Shown here piece after piece: positions 28,037 to 37,502 of a stretch of DNA of 64,000 nt. Position 1 is the stretch's first letter. The number at the start of each line of letters is the position of its first letter. Source of the DNA: Candidatus Micrarchaeota archaeon (GTDB lineage: Archaea; Micrarchaeota; Micrarchaeia; Anstonellales; Anstonellaceae); the NCBI GenBank assembly GCA_021813025.1, contig JAKAME010000001.1:2201-66200 (forward strand). Direction: 5' to 3'. A program made the translations under genes and the position numbers. Below the pieces are notes generated by a model, which was given only the letters and a program-made list of their open reading frames with translations, did no database searches and had not been told where the DNA came from.

Positions 28037-28606
28037 ATGCTGATGGCAGAAGAAAACAAGGTTACTTCCAAGAAACTGGAGCGCATCTACACCGTGCCGT
28101 TCGGCAAGGCGTACGAGTATTTGCGCACGCGCCGCACACGGCGCGCCATGAAGCTGCTGCGCGCATTTTTGTCGCGCCACTTCAAGGTCAAGGACGAGGC
28201 GGTGCGCATTTCACAAGGCGTCAATGACGCCATGTGGCGCGACGGCATCCAAAAGCCCCCCCGCTCGCTCAAAATAAGGGGCGTGTTCGAGGACGGCAGG
28301 CTTACCGCATGGATGATTGGCGAGGAGGAGAAGGTCAAGAAGGCAATGGATGAGAAAAAGGCGGCAGAGGAGAAGATGAAGAAGGAGAGGGAAGCCAAAA
28401 AGCCGGCTGAAAAGAAAGAGGAGAAAAAAGAAAGCAAACCTGCCCCGGCCAAAACAGAGGAAAAGAAAGAAAACAAGCCCGAGGCGGCCAAGCCTGCTTC
28501 AGGCTCGCCCGCTCCTGTCTCAAAAACAGCCGAACCCAGAGCCGGCGACGTCAAGCCCATGCCCAAAACATCGGGCGGCCCGCTGCTTGGGCGCAAGCAA
28601 ATCTAA
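28037..28606 (+). CDS. rpl31e: Ribosomal protein eL31 (L31e) with about 90-aa K/E/A-rich C-terminal extension
   Basis: L31e core (YTVPFGKAYEYLRTRRTRRAMKLLRAFL...) then a KEEKKESKPAPAKTEEKKENKPE tail. Confidence 0.8.
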   Translation: MLMAEENKVTSKKLERIYTVPFGKAYEYLRTRRTRRAMKLLRAFLSRHFKVKDEAVRISQGVNDAMWRDGIQKPPRSLKIRGVFEDGRLTAWMIGEEEKVKKAMDEKKAAEEKMKKEREAKKPAEKKEEKKESKPAPAKTEEKKENKPEAAKPASGSPAPVSKTAEPRAGDVKPMPKTSGGPLLGRKQI

Positions 28607-28617
28607 GAGGAACAACC

Positions 28618-29283
28618 ATGGCGGTCTGGAGAGGGCATTATGAAGGCAATCCGTACGTGGGCCTTTATGCCAAAGCCACAGACCGCCTGTGCCTGATTCC
28701 GCGCGGCGCGCCAGAGAAGTTCATGCGCGGCGCGTCCGCGCTGGGCGTGCCCCTCATCCAGGCGTCGGTGGACGGCTCGCCATACGTCGGCCTCTATTTT
28801 GCCATGAATTCGAACGGCATACTTGCCCCTCCGTTTTTGAGCAAAGAGGAGCGTGGAGTGCTTGAAGAGGCAGGCTTGAACGTGGCGGTGATGCGCGACA
28901 GCCGCTTCTCCGCCCTTGGAAACAACATTGCATGCAATGACCATGGCGCGCTGGTGAATCCCGACATACACCATGAGGATGCTCGCCTGATTGAGAAAAC
29001 GCTTGGCGTGCCGGTGCGCTATGGAGCAGTTGCCGGCTACCACACGCCGGGCAGCTGCCTTGTTGTGAGCAACAAGGGCTGGCTGGCCCACAACCGCATC
29101 TCTGAGCTTGAAGCCGGCATGCTCAAGGAGCTGTTCGGATGCGACGGCCTGAACGGCACCACCAACATGGGCAGCGCGTTTGTCGGAATCGGGGCGGTGG
29201 CCAATTCGAAGGGAGTCATTGTGGGCGAGAGCTCGTCGGGATTCGAGGAATCGAGGATTACGCAGGCGCTGGATTTGGTGTGA
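28618..29283 (+). CDS. eif6: Translation initiation factor 6 (aIF6)
   Basis: GNPYVGLY...SPYVGLYFAMNSNGILAPP pentameric repeat signature. Confidence 0.9.
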   Translation: MAVWRGHYEGNPYVGLYAKATDRLCLIPRGAPEKFMRGASALGVPLIQASVDGSPYVGLYFAMNSNGILAPPFLSKEERGVLEEAGLNVAVMRDSRFSALGNNIACNDHGALVNPDIHHEDARLIEKTLGVPVRYGAVAGYHTPGSCLVVSNKGWLAHNRISELEAGMLKELFGCDGLNGTTNMGSAFVGIGAVANSKGVIVGESSSGFEESRITQALDLV

Positions 29284-29285
29284 AC

Positions 29286-29696
29286 ATGGAATTCGTCGAC
29301 AAATACCTCATGCCCCATAAAAGAGCGCTCATGCTGCTATTGGCCATCACGTTCATACCTCTGGGAGGTATCGTTGGGTATTTGGCCGTGCTTGTCAATT
29401 TTGGCACGTTTATCTGGATAGGTTTTGACGGCCAGCGACGGCTTGGGTATGATTTTAGGGAAAGCGTCAAAACGGCCTTTGTCATCGGTGCGTTGTTTGC
29501 GGTATTAATGATCGTTTTTAGGATTGTGACATTAAGCCCAAAACCATTGGATGACACCATACGACTCGACATATTCAGTGGAATTGGCGATGGCATACTC
29601 GTTCTAATCGGATATGTCATCGCCCGGTATCTGGCCCCAAAACAGCCAGTTGCCAGCAAAACCAAACACAAACCAGTTTCAAAAAGAAAGGATTAA
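29286..29696 (+). CDS. Small membrane protein (3-4 TM), lower GC
   Basis: Hydrophobic segments LMLLLAITFIPLGGIVGYLAVLV and AFVIGALFAVLMIVF. Inserted between eif6 and rplX. Confidence 0.5.
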   Translation: MEFVDKYLMPHKRALMLLLAITFIPLGGIVGYLAVLVNFGTFIWIGFDGQRRLGYDFRESVKTAFVIGALFAVLMIVFRIVTLSPKPLDDTIRLDIFSGIGDGILVLIGYVIARYLAPKQPVASKTKHKPVSKRKD

Positions 29697-29721
29697 AGCA
29701 TGCTAATACTAAGGTGATGTC

Positions 29722-29898
29722 ATGAAATACACTGTCTATGGCTCGATGAAAATCAAGCGCGCGTGGAAGCCATTCGTCAAGGAGATGGAGGCCGCCAGCG
29801 AGTCCCGCTGCCGCGAGACGGCGCTTGCCACCATCGGCTCGGACCACCGGCTGCCCCGCACGCAAATCAGGATTGACAAGATGGAGGCGGTGAAGTGA
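29722..29898 (+). CDS. rplX: Ribosomal protein LX (L18Ae family)
   Basis: 58-aa protein MKYTVYGSMKIKRAWKPFVKEMEAASE...GSDHRLPRTQIRI, matching LX at its canonical operon position. Confidence 0.7.
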   Translation: MKYTVYGSMKIKRAWKPFVKEMEAASESRCRETALATIGSDHRLPRTQIRIDKMEAVK

Positions 29899-30335
29899 GC
29901 GTGCAAGACGACGAGAAGGACCTCAACCAGATCGCCATCCAGGCGCAGCTTCTCCAGCGCCAGGGCGGCACCCTGCAGAACCAGATTGAGGTGATGCAGA
30001 CCACCCTCAACGACTTGCAGGCCACAATCGAGACCTTGGAGAACCTGTCCAAGGCAAAGGAGCTGGGCCTGCTGCCCGTGGGCTCGGGCGCATACATCAC
30101 CTGCAAGCAGGTGGACACCGATTCTGTGCTGCTCTCGGTCGGCTCAGGCCTCATAGTAACCAAGAAGGCGGCTGACGCGGCTGAAGTCCTGCGCAAGCGC
30201 TCCAAGTCCCTGCTTGAGGCGCTGGACAAGGCGAACACGAGCATGGCCAGCATCAACCAGCAGATGCAGGACCTCAACGCCAAGGCCTCGGTGCTGGCGG
30301 CGAGGATTGAGGATGTTCGGCCTTCTCAAGGATAA
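29895..30335 (+). CDS. pfdA: Prefoldin alpha subunit
   Basis: Coiled-coil/beta-hairpin/coiled-coil architecture and operon position. GTG start overlaps the rplX stop. Confidence 0.8.
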   Translation: MSVQDDEKDLNQIAIQAQLLQRQGGTLQNQIEVMQTTLNDLQATIETLENLSKAKELGLLPVGSGAYITCKQVDTDSVLLSVGSGLIVTKKAADAAEVLRKRSKSLLEALDKANTSMASINQQMQDLNAKASVLAARIEDVRPSQG

Positions 30336-31884
30336 ACTCGCCGGCTTTGTCAACAAGCTGATAAGGCGGGAGGAGGACAAGGCGCCAGTGCAGGCGCCAG
30401 TCGTTCCCTCGGAACCTGTTTCTTCTCCTCCGAAAAAGGAGGAACCTGCGCCAATCGTAAAAGTGGAGCCAAAAAAAATAGAAACTCCAAAGCCGGCTCA
30501 GAAAGTTGCGCCAATTATTTCCGCGCCAAAACCTGTTGAGAAGCCCGCGCCGGTTATTTCCATTCCCCAACCGAAGCCGGCCGAGAAAGCAGCGCCTCCT
30601 GTCTTTGTTCCAGAGCCGAAGCCCGCTCCAAAAATTGAGCCCGTTGTTTCCATGCCGGCTCAGAAGCCTGTTGAGAAACCAGCGCCTCCAACCCCTGTTT
30701 CGGAACCCAAGAAAAACATCCTTTCATCAATCTGGCCGTTTGGCGGAAAAAAGGAGGAAAAGAAAGTTCCTGCGCCGCAGCCGGCGCCTAAACCTATTCA
30801 AACAAGCTCGCCGGCTGTGATGCCTGAGCCAAAGAAAGAAGGGCCTGCCCCGGCAATGAAGACTGCCCAGACCATAGCCGCTTCCCCTGCCATCACAACT
30901 GCCGCAAAACCAATCGAAACCGCCCCTGAAATCGATGACGCAGGCTTGGCGCGCTTGGAGAAAAAATCAATGTCTGATGCCGAGCGCGAGATGAAGGTGA
31001 GGATGGGGCTTGGAAAATCCATGCTTGGCTTCATCGCGCCAACAGTAACTATAGAGGAAAACGACGTGCGCGACTTGCTTGACGAGCTTGAGCTGTCGCT
31101 GCTTGAATCAGACGTGGCTGTTGAGGTTTCAACTGAGGTGACCAAGCGCCTGCGCTCCACTCTTGTTGGCATGAAAGTAGGCAAGAATGAGATGCAGGAG
31201 GAAGTGCAGAGGCAGCTGCGGATGGTCCTGACAGATGTCATGACTTCGGCCAGCGCCTTCAACTTCCTTGAGAGAGTGCAGCAGAAGCCAAGGCCCGTGA
31301 AAATCCTTTTCGTAGGCCCAAATGGGGCTGGCAAGACCACCACAATGGCCAAAATAGCCCATCTGCTGATGGAGGCAAGGCTGAGTGTTGTATTTGCGGC
31401 AGGAGACACATTCCGTGCGGCAGCAATTGAGCAGACCGAAGTGCATGCCAAGCGCTTGGGCATACCAGTGGTCAAGTCAAAATACGGCGCAGACCCCGCC
31501 TCGGTGGCTTGGGATGCGGTGAATTACGCGAAAGCGCACCAGACAGACGTCGTGCTGATTGATTCGGCAGGCAGGCAGGACACCAACGCCAACCTGCTGG
31601 ACGAGCTGAAGAAGATAAACAGGGTAATTTCGCCTGACTTGAAAATCTACATAGGCGAGAGCATAGGAGGCCATGCTCTGATGGAGCAGGTGCGCGCATT
31701 CCATGAGGCCATTGGAATAGATGGCGCAATTCTCACCAAGCTTGACTGCGACGCAAAAGGCGGCACGGCTCTTTCACTTACGCATGCCACCGGAGTGCCC
31801 ATCCTCTACTTGGGCACGGGGCAGGGCTATGAGGATTTGGAAAAGTTCGATGCAGACAAGGTGGCTGGGCAGATACTGACGTGA
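30313..31884 (+). CDS. ftsY: Signal recognition particle receptor FtsY with long P/K/E-rich repetitive N-terminal region
   Basis: NG domain: FVGPNGAGKTTT, DTFRAAAIEQ, DSAGR, TKLD. Confidence 0.9.
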   Translation: MFGLLKDKLAGFVNKLIRREEDKAPVQAPVVPSEPVSSPPKKEEPAPIVKVEPKKIETPKPAQKVAPIISAPKPVEKPAPVISIPQPKPAEKAAPPVFVPEPKPAPKIEPVVSMPAQKPVEKPAPPTPVSEPKKNILSSIWPFGGKKEEKKVPAPQPAPKPIQTSSPAVMPEPKKEGPAPAMKTAQTIAASPAITTAAKPIETAPEIDDAGLARLEKKSMSDAEREMKVRMGLGKSMLGFIAPTVTIEENDVRDLLDELELSLLESDVAVEVSTEVTKRLRSTLVGMKVGKNEMQEEVQRQLRMVLTDVMTSASAFNFLERVQQKPRPVKILFVGPNGAGKTTTMAKIAHLLMEARLSVVFAAGDTFRAAAIEQTEVHAKRLGIPVVKSKYGADPASVAWDAVNYAKAHQTDVVLIDSAGRQDTNANLLDELKKINRVISPDLKIYIGESIGGHALMEQVRAFHEAIGIDGAILTKLDCDAKGGTALSLTHATGVPILYLGTGQGYEDLEKFDADKVAGQILT

Positions 31885-33137
31885 AAAGGGGCTATGGCGC
31901 TGCCAAAGGCGCCTTCCGCGGGGCCGCCGCCACTTTAATTAACCTCCTCCTCCAACCCACCATCATGACGGTCCGCCTCGAGCAGATTGTCCCCCGCGCG
32001 GTGCTTGAGCAGGTGCACCGGATAAACGAGCAGCCGGGGGAAGGCTACTTTTCCTCCGGCGCGCCAGTGCGCAGAAACGCAGGCTTTGGCGGCGAAACTT
32101 CCCGCTTCACTGAGCTGGAAAACGGCCAACTGGCCGGCGCGCCCGCCGAGGACGGCATGCCTCCGCTGCCAAGCCTTGACTTCATAGCCCCGCCGCCCAT
32201 GCCAAACCCGCTGGCGCAGCAGGGGCTGGCCGAGGTGGGAATTGCCCGCAGCTTCATGGAACAGGTGGAGCGCCGCCTGATTGAGAAAAGCAGGCACGGG
32301 GCGCCCAAACCTTGGCTTACGCCCACCCGCACGCCTGACGAGGAAATAGCCGAGCGCCTGGCGCCATCCATCAGCCAGGCGGCAGGGGCGGTGGCGCAAT
32401 GGCTTAATCAGGACTGCAACGGCAACATGGCATTGATGCAGAGGGTGCTGGACCGCTTCTGGGCCAAATGGGCCGTGGAGCGCTTCGCCAGCCCGGATTT
32501 GAGCAGCTTGCTTATGATGGCGTATGAAGAGGTGCTGTCTGAAGAGGGAGGCAAGCCTGTGCAGGGCTTGGAGAGCTGGCCTGCTTTGCGCATAGAGCCT
32601 GCGGTGCTGAGGCCCCTGAGCGAGCCCATGGCTGTGAGCGTGCAGACCCAGCAGATACTTCTTGCCACCCGCCACGGGCCGGAGAGGCCTGATGAGGGGG
32701 GCGGGCAGGAGCCTGCCTCAATTGCGGGAGTGCAGCCGGCCATAGGCCCAAGGCGGGAGGATGAAGTGGAAGTGCGCCTTGTTTCTGTGCGCGAGATGCT
32801 GCGCAGATATTTCCAAGGCAGGCCTGCCGAATACGCGGCCGCTCTGGCTGGCGCGCTTGATTTGGAGAGGGGCAACTGGAACGCCTCGCTGATTGGCGCG
32901 CGCCTGAGCAGCGAGCGCTCGCGTGTTGGCGCTGCGGGCGTGTGCATAAAGCTTTGGCAGGTGGTGCGCGGCAGGCACAGCACGCCTCCGCGCAAGCCTC
33001 AGGAGGTGGCCGCATGGGGGGCGGCTCCATTGGAGGAGCCGATGGTGTGGGAGCTTGCGCCGCGCTGGCTGCCCCTTGACTTGGGGCAGAAGCTGCGCCT
33101 GCTCATGGGCTGGATTGAGCAGAGCGAGGCAGGATAA
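31881..33137 (+). CDS. Hypothetical protein (GTGA-coupled to ftsY)
   Basis: 418-aa ORF with no recognisable family. A competing antisense ORF exists, so the coding strand is not certain. Confidence 0.4.
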   Translation: MKRGYGAAKGAFRGAAATLINLLLQPTIMTVRLEQIVPRAVLEQVHRINEQPGEGYFSSGAPVRRNAGFGGETSRFTELENGQLAGAPAEDGMPPLPSLDFIAPPPMPNPLAQQGLAEVGIARSFMEQVERRLIEKSRHGAPKPWLTPTRTPDEEIAERLAPSISQAAGAVAQWLNQDCNGNMALMQRVLDRFWAKWAVERFASPDLSSLLMMAYEEVLSEEGGKPVQGLESWPALRIEPAVLRPLSEPMAVSVQTQQILLATRHGPERPDEGGGQEPASIAGVQPAIGPRREDEVEVRLVSVREMLRRYFQGRPAEYAAALAGALDLERGNWNASLIGARLSSERSRVGAAGVCIKLWQVVRGRHSTPPRKPQEVAAWGAAPLEEPMVWELAPRWLPLDLGQKLRLLMGWIEQSEAG

Positions 33138-33142
33138 GAAAC

Positions 33143-34828
33143 TCATTCTGTGACAACAACCCCGCGCCCCATCAGCGCAGAGGCCTGCAGTTCGAATAGC
33201 GCGGCTGGCTGCTCAAGGCCGAATGACTCCAAAACTGCAGGGTGCACTTCGCCAATCAAGCCGATTGGGGAGGAGAGCACAGAGGCCGACTGACTGCCCG
33301 CCGGTTCGGCCGGGCCTTCGCCGCCCCCGATTCGCAAACACACCCGCGCCGAGCGGCCCGGAATGAAGCCTTCCATGTCGGTTTCCTCCAGCGCCAGCGC
33401 GATGCCCAGAGCCGAGCCAACGCCCTGCAGGTGCGCCCAGCTTTCCGAAAAGCAGGATTTCGGATGCATTGCAATTGCGGCGAAATGCTCGGACTGGACA
33501 AAGTCGGCCGCCTTTGACGCGCCCGGCCCGCCTTCCGGCTCCTCCACAGGCCCCACCTCGTAGAGATAGATTGGCAGGGGCTGGGATTTGGAATGTGAGA
33601 GGATGCCGAGCAGGTTTGGATAAAGCCACGGGCGCAGGGTGGTGAATTCTTCAGTGAGAGGATTGCTCACTTTGAGCGCAGGCCCTTCTGCGCGCGAGTT
33701 GGCAATGACTTGCTGGTTGGTGAGAATCCAGCTCATGGCCTCGAAATAGCCCAAGCCGAGCGCAGCCTCGTGCAGCGGGCCTGAGGAGTCCTGCCGCGCG
33801 CCCGTTGCGCCGAATGACGGCAGGTGCATGGGCAGCTCGTTGTAGCCAATCGAGATGGCGATGTCTTCTATCAGGTCGGCTTCCCCAAGCAAATCCGCGC
33901 GGAAAGCCGGCGAATGCACGCTGCGCCCGCTGACTGCGTGCCCCATGCGCGAGAGATGGCGGGCAATGGCGGGCGCGTCCAAATCAACGCCAAGCAGCTT
34001 TTTGGCAGAAGCGATTGGCAGGGGCGTCACCTGCGGCTCGAAGACGCGGCAGGGCTTGGAATTGATTTTCACTTCCTCCACCTGCCCGCCCCGGTCGGCC
34101 AGTGCGGCGCAGAGGATGCTGACAGTCACTCGCACCGCCTGCTCGCTGGTGCCTGTGCAGTCTATGAGCAGGTCATGGCTTGAGAGGGTGACGCGCGTGC
34201 GCTCGCCGTTGATTATGGGCGGGAATGAGAGCACGTCTCCGTCCGCATCCACAATCAGCGGGCATCGCTCGCCGACCAGGTGCGCATAGGCGCGCCCCTT
34301 CTCATGCTCGACAAGTATCTGGCCCGGAGTCATGGGCGCGCTCTTGCCCAGCGGGACGAAGCGCGCCTCGCTCCGGCCAACCGCCTTGTATGTGAAAGGC
34401 GGGCGTATTGCCATCATGTCATGCAGGCCTATGGCCATCTTGCGCCTGCCCCTGCCCAGAGTGTCGTGCAGCTTTTCCTGCAGCTGGATGAGCGACTGGA
34501 GGGACTCCTCGTCGAGAACCACGTTTCGCACAAGCGCGCTGCCCAAGACAGGACGCACGTTGCGCACAGACTCGTCAAGCGCAAAATGCACTTTGGCTGG
34601 ACCGGCTTTGTAGATTTTTGGCTTGGCGGTGCGCCAGCTAAAGCAGGAGCGCGCGATGCCCTCAACAGAGAGCCAGTCGGGCCTGTTGGGGGTGATTTCA
34701 AGCGCCAAGTCGTCGCCCTCCTGCCCCTCCAGCGGGATTCCCAATGACGTGAGCGTGGGCTCTATCTGTTGGGGTTTGAGGCCTGAAAGCTTGCACAGGC
34801 TGCTGGCGGAGACGTGGATGAGGGCCAT
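33143..34828 (-). CDS. pheT: Phenylalanine--tRNA ligase beta subunit (archaeal type)
   Basis: Archaeal PheT length and B3/4-B5 region. ITPNRPDWLSVEGIARS motif. Confidence 0.9.
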   Translation of the reverse strand: MALIHVSASSLCKLSGLKPQQIEPTLTSLGIPLEGQEGDDLALEITPNRPDWLSVEGIARSCFSWRTAKPKIYKAGPAKVHFALDESVRNVRPVLGSALVRNVVLDEESLQSLIQLQEKLHDTLGRGRRKMAIGLHDMMAIRPPFTYKAVGRSEARFVPLGKSAPMTPGQILVEHEKGRAYAHLVGERCPLIVDADGDVLSFPPIINGERTRVTLSSHDLLIDCTGTSEQAVRVTVSILCAALADRGGQVEEVKINSKPCRVFEPQVTPLPIASAKKLLGVDLDAPAIARHLSRMGHAVSGRSVHSPAFRADLLGEADLIEDIAISIGYNELPMHLPSFGATGARQDSSGPLHEAALGLGYFEAMSWILTNQQVIANSRAEGPALKVSNPLTEEFTTLRPWLYPNLLGILSHSKSQPLPIYLYEVGPVEEPEGGPGASKAADFVQSEHFAAIAMHPKSCFSESWAHLQGVGSALGIALALEETDMEGFIPGRSARVCLRIGGGEGPAEPAGSQSASVLSSPIGLIGEVHPAVLESFGLEQPAALFELQASALMGRGVVVTE

Positions 34829-35068
34829 GAGGATTACCTAGATTTTTCGCCGAGTGAGCCAGTCGCGCGCGGCAGCCAGCGGGCTTGCCGGGCCTGACAT
34901 CACGCGGTATTGGCGCGTCGGGAGTTGGGCTTGAATGATTTTAAAGCGCATGGACGGCTCGGACGTCGGAAAAGAGCGGGATGGAAAAGATGGAGGGGAG
35001 GCACGGCGAAGGGAAACCTGGCCGGGATGGCCCGCTCTTTTTGCTTTTTTATTTTTTCGCGCAGCCAT

Positions 35069-35902
35069 TCATTTCACCCTCTGTATCCTGCCGGCCTTGC
35101 AAAGCTTGTCCAGCGCGTCCTCCACCCGCTGGCCGCCCACGCCAAGCGAGCGGGCCACCTCGCGGATGCTCATCGAGCCGTCATGAGCGCGCAGCCATTC
35201 CATAAGCTCCTCCTCAAGCACCGAATCCGGCAGGTGCTCGAGATGGCGGATGCGGGCCTGCAGGGACTGGATGGCCTGCGCATCAAGCAGGGCGCGCTTG
35301 GCATCAGCCTCGCGCTGCGCTTCCATCGGCCTTATGCGGGCCTGCAGCTCCTTGAGCTGCTTTCCCATGGCCTCGAGCTGGAGATGCATGGCCTGCGAGT
35401 CTTCGGAAACAAGAGCCAGCGCGTCAGAGAGAGCCTGAGAGAGGTGGCGGCTGAATTCGCCGGAGGCAGGCATTGCGCCGGAGGCCGAGAGGGTGAGCAA
35501 GAGCAGATGCCATGCCTGCAGCCGCCGCACGGCAGGATGCTGGTCCGCTCTGCGCGTGTATTCGGCCTCCGCGCCCCTGCGCGAGAGGCGCAGGCGGATG
35601 AACTGGTGAGGCCTGCCCTGCAAATCCAGCGCTTCGGCCAGCTCAAGCAGCAGGCCGTCGCGCGATTGCGAGAGGCTGCTGAAGCCCAAGTCGGCAAGAC
35701 CGGATGCCCACTGCTGCGGGGAGCCCGCCAAATTTAGCGGGACTGAGAAGTGCTCTGCTGAGACATCGGCCGGCGAGCCGGAGGGAAGCAAGCGGCGAAG
35801 CTGGTCTGCAAGAGGCTGGGCTGGGTCCGGGAGGGAAGAAGGAACAGACATTGATTGGATGTCTGCGGGTGCGAGGCCTGGCTTAGTTCTTTTTTGGCTC
35901 AT
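35069..35902 (-). CDS. Coiled-coil protein with C-terminal winged-helix DNA-binding domain
   Basis: C-terminus SIREVARSLGVGGQRVEDALDKLCKAGRIQRV is wHTH-like. Central heptad-like region. Start may be at 35851. Confidence 0.5.
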   Translation of the reverse strand: MSQKRTKPGLAPADIQSMSVPSSLPDPAQPLADQLRRLLPSGSPADVSAEHFSVPLNLAGSPQQWASGLADLGFSSLSQSRDGLLLELAEALDLQGRPHQFIRLRLSRRGAEAEYTRRADQHPAVRRLQAWHLLLLTLSASGAMPASGEFSRHLSQALSDALALVSEDSQAMHLQLEAMGKQLKELQARIRPMEAQREADAKRALLDAQAIQSLQARIRHLEHLPDSVLEEELMEWLRAHDGSMSIREVARSLGVGGQRVEDALDKLCKAGRIQRVK

Positions 35903-37490
35903 CAGACACCTCGATTAAGACCAGTTCGTTTGGCGACACGCCAAGCGAGCGAGCGGCAAGGCGCGAGAAGAGGGACACCAGCGGCTCCTCAGGCACGCCA
36001 ATGCCGCGCATGAATGAGAGAATTACCGAGCGGCTCAGGCCCCAGCCAAGCAGCAGGCGGGCCAGCTCGTCGGCAGCCAGCGTGCGGTCGGCACGCTCGA
36101 AAGCATCGCACACCTGGCTGATTTGCGGGTCGGTAAGCCCGAGGCGCCAGAGGCGCTTGCGCAGCACTTCACGCTCCACTTCAATGTCCATGTCACCCAC
36201 CCTCATAATGAACGATCTGGCCGGCTCCTCCCCCTCGATTCGCACAAGGAATGGCGCGGCAGCCTCGTCCGGCCTGTCCCAGCCCAAGCGCAGCAGGGCG
36301 CAGCCCACCGGCAGGCGCTCCAGCTCGTCCGACAGCCCCTGCGGAATCTGCAATGACTGGCGCAAGGATTCGCGATACTCATGCAGACTAAGCCTGAAGG
36401 CAAGAAGGGTGCCCGCGTTTGAGAAAATCGTCTTGGAAAGGTCTGTCGGGTTCTGGCTGGCCACTATGAGGCCGAAGGCGTATTTGCGCCCCTCGCGCAG
36501 GATTGCGACCAAATCCGAGCGCTCGTCCTGCGCGATTTTCCATGCCTCGTCCGCCACAACCAGCAGGCGCAGGGAGCGGCTCGCGCTCCAGCCTGACGAG
36601 CGCATGCGCTCCTTGAGCATTTGCAATATTGTGAGGCCGGCCAATGAGCGGTGGGCTTCGTGCGGCAGGCCGGAGAGGTCGACAGACACCACGCCGCTGC
36701 CTATGAGGTCGTCAAGGCGCAGGCCGCCGGAGCGGGAGAAATAATCCGCGCCTGGCGGGCAGAAGAATTCGAGGGTGGAGATGGCCAGCATCAGCTCCTC
36801 GTCATCCTTGCTCTTTTTGGCCCGCTTTTTGAGCAGGATGAGGGCATCACGCAGGGTGGGCAGGCGCGATGAGGATAGCGAAGCCTTGAGAGGCTTGTCC
36901 GGCGCGAGTCTGCGGCGCTTGAAAGACTCCTGCATCACTTCCTGCAGAATTCTTGCGGCGCGCGGATGGCCGTCAAGCCCGCCGAGGATTTTGAAAGATT
37001 CCACAAGCTGCTCGATGCGGAAGCGGGGGGTGTGGGCAAAGGGTGAGTGGGAATAGGGATGGGCAGGGGCGGTTTCATTTTTTCTTTTTCTCTTCTCTTT
37101 CTTTTCCGGCCTGCAGTCCAGCACGTTGAGGCCCGCGCCGCGCGCAAGCGGCACTACCCTGCCGCCCGCCTGCTCCACCCAGGGAGTGTATTCTCCTGCC
37201 CAGTCAAGAATTAGCGAGGGAGTTGCCCACTGATGCCACGCCCGGGTGATGAATGCCTTGATGAAATAGGATTTGCCGCTGCCTGTCATGCCTACCACTG
37301 CCAGGTGCGGGTTGGCCAGAGTGTGGAAGTCCCAATAGACAGGCACTGCCATCAGGCGGCTGCGGCCCAGATAAAGGCCGGCATCGGAGGAGGCGAGAAG
37401 GAGGTGGGCAGGGGGCTCGGGCGGACGCACCCAGATGCGCCTGCGCGCGAGGTCGCGGCTGTAAAGGGATTGGGGCTGCAAAACGCTCAT
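35883..37490 (-). CDS. HerA/FtsK-superfamily ATPase (DUF87-like) with C-terminal extension
   Basis: Walker A AVVGMTGSGKSYFIK, Walker B LLVVADEAWK, sensor ASQNP. Confidence 0.75.
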   Translation of the reverse strand: MSVLQPQSLYSRDLARRRIWVRPPEPPAHLLLASSDAGLYLGRSRLMAVPVYWDFHTLANPHLAVVGMTGSGKSYFIKAFITRAWHQWATPSLILDWAGEYTPWVEQAGGRVVPLARGAGLNVLDCRPEKKEKRKRKNETAPAHPYSHSPFAHTPRFRIEQLVESFKILGGLDGHPRAARILQEVMQESFKRRRLAPDKPLKASLSSSRLPTLRDALILLKKRAKKSKDDEELMLAISTLEFFCPPGADYFSRSGGLRLDDLIGSGVVSVDLSGLPHEAHRSLAGLTILQMLKERMRSSGWSASRSLRLLVVADEAWKIAQDERSDLVAILREGRKYAFGLIVASQNPTDLSKTIFSNAGTLLAFRLSLHEYRESLRQSLQIPQGLSDELERLPVGCALLRLGWDRPDEAAAPFLVRIEGEEPARSFIMRVGDMDIEVEREVLRKRLWRLGLTDPQISQVCDAFERADRTLAADELARLLLGWGLSRSVILSFMRGIGVPEEPLVSLFSRLAARSLGVSPNELVLIEVSDEPKKN

Positions 37491-37502
37491 GCGCCATTCC
37501 CC

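Noticed and set aside
31935-32675. 246-aa minus-strand ORF opposite the hypothetical 31881-33137 gene
   Set aside because: The plus-strand ORF is longer and start-coupled to ftsY. The strand choice remains tentative.
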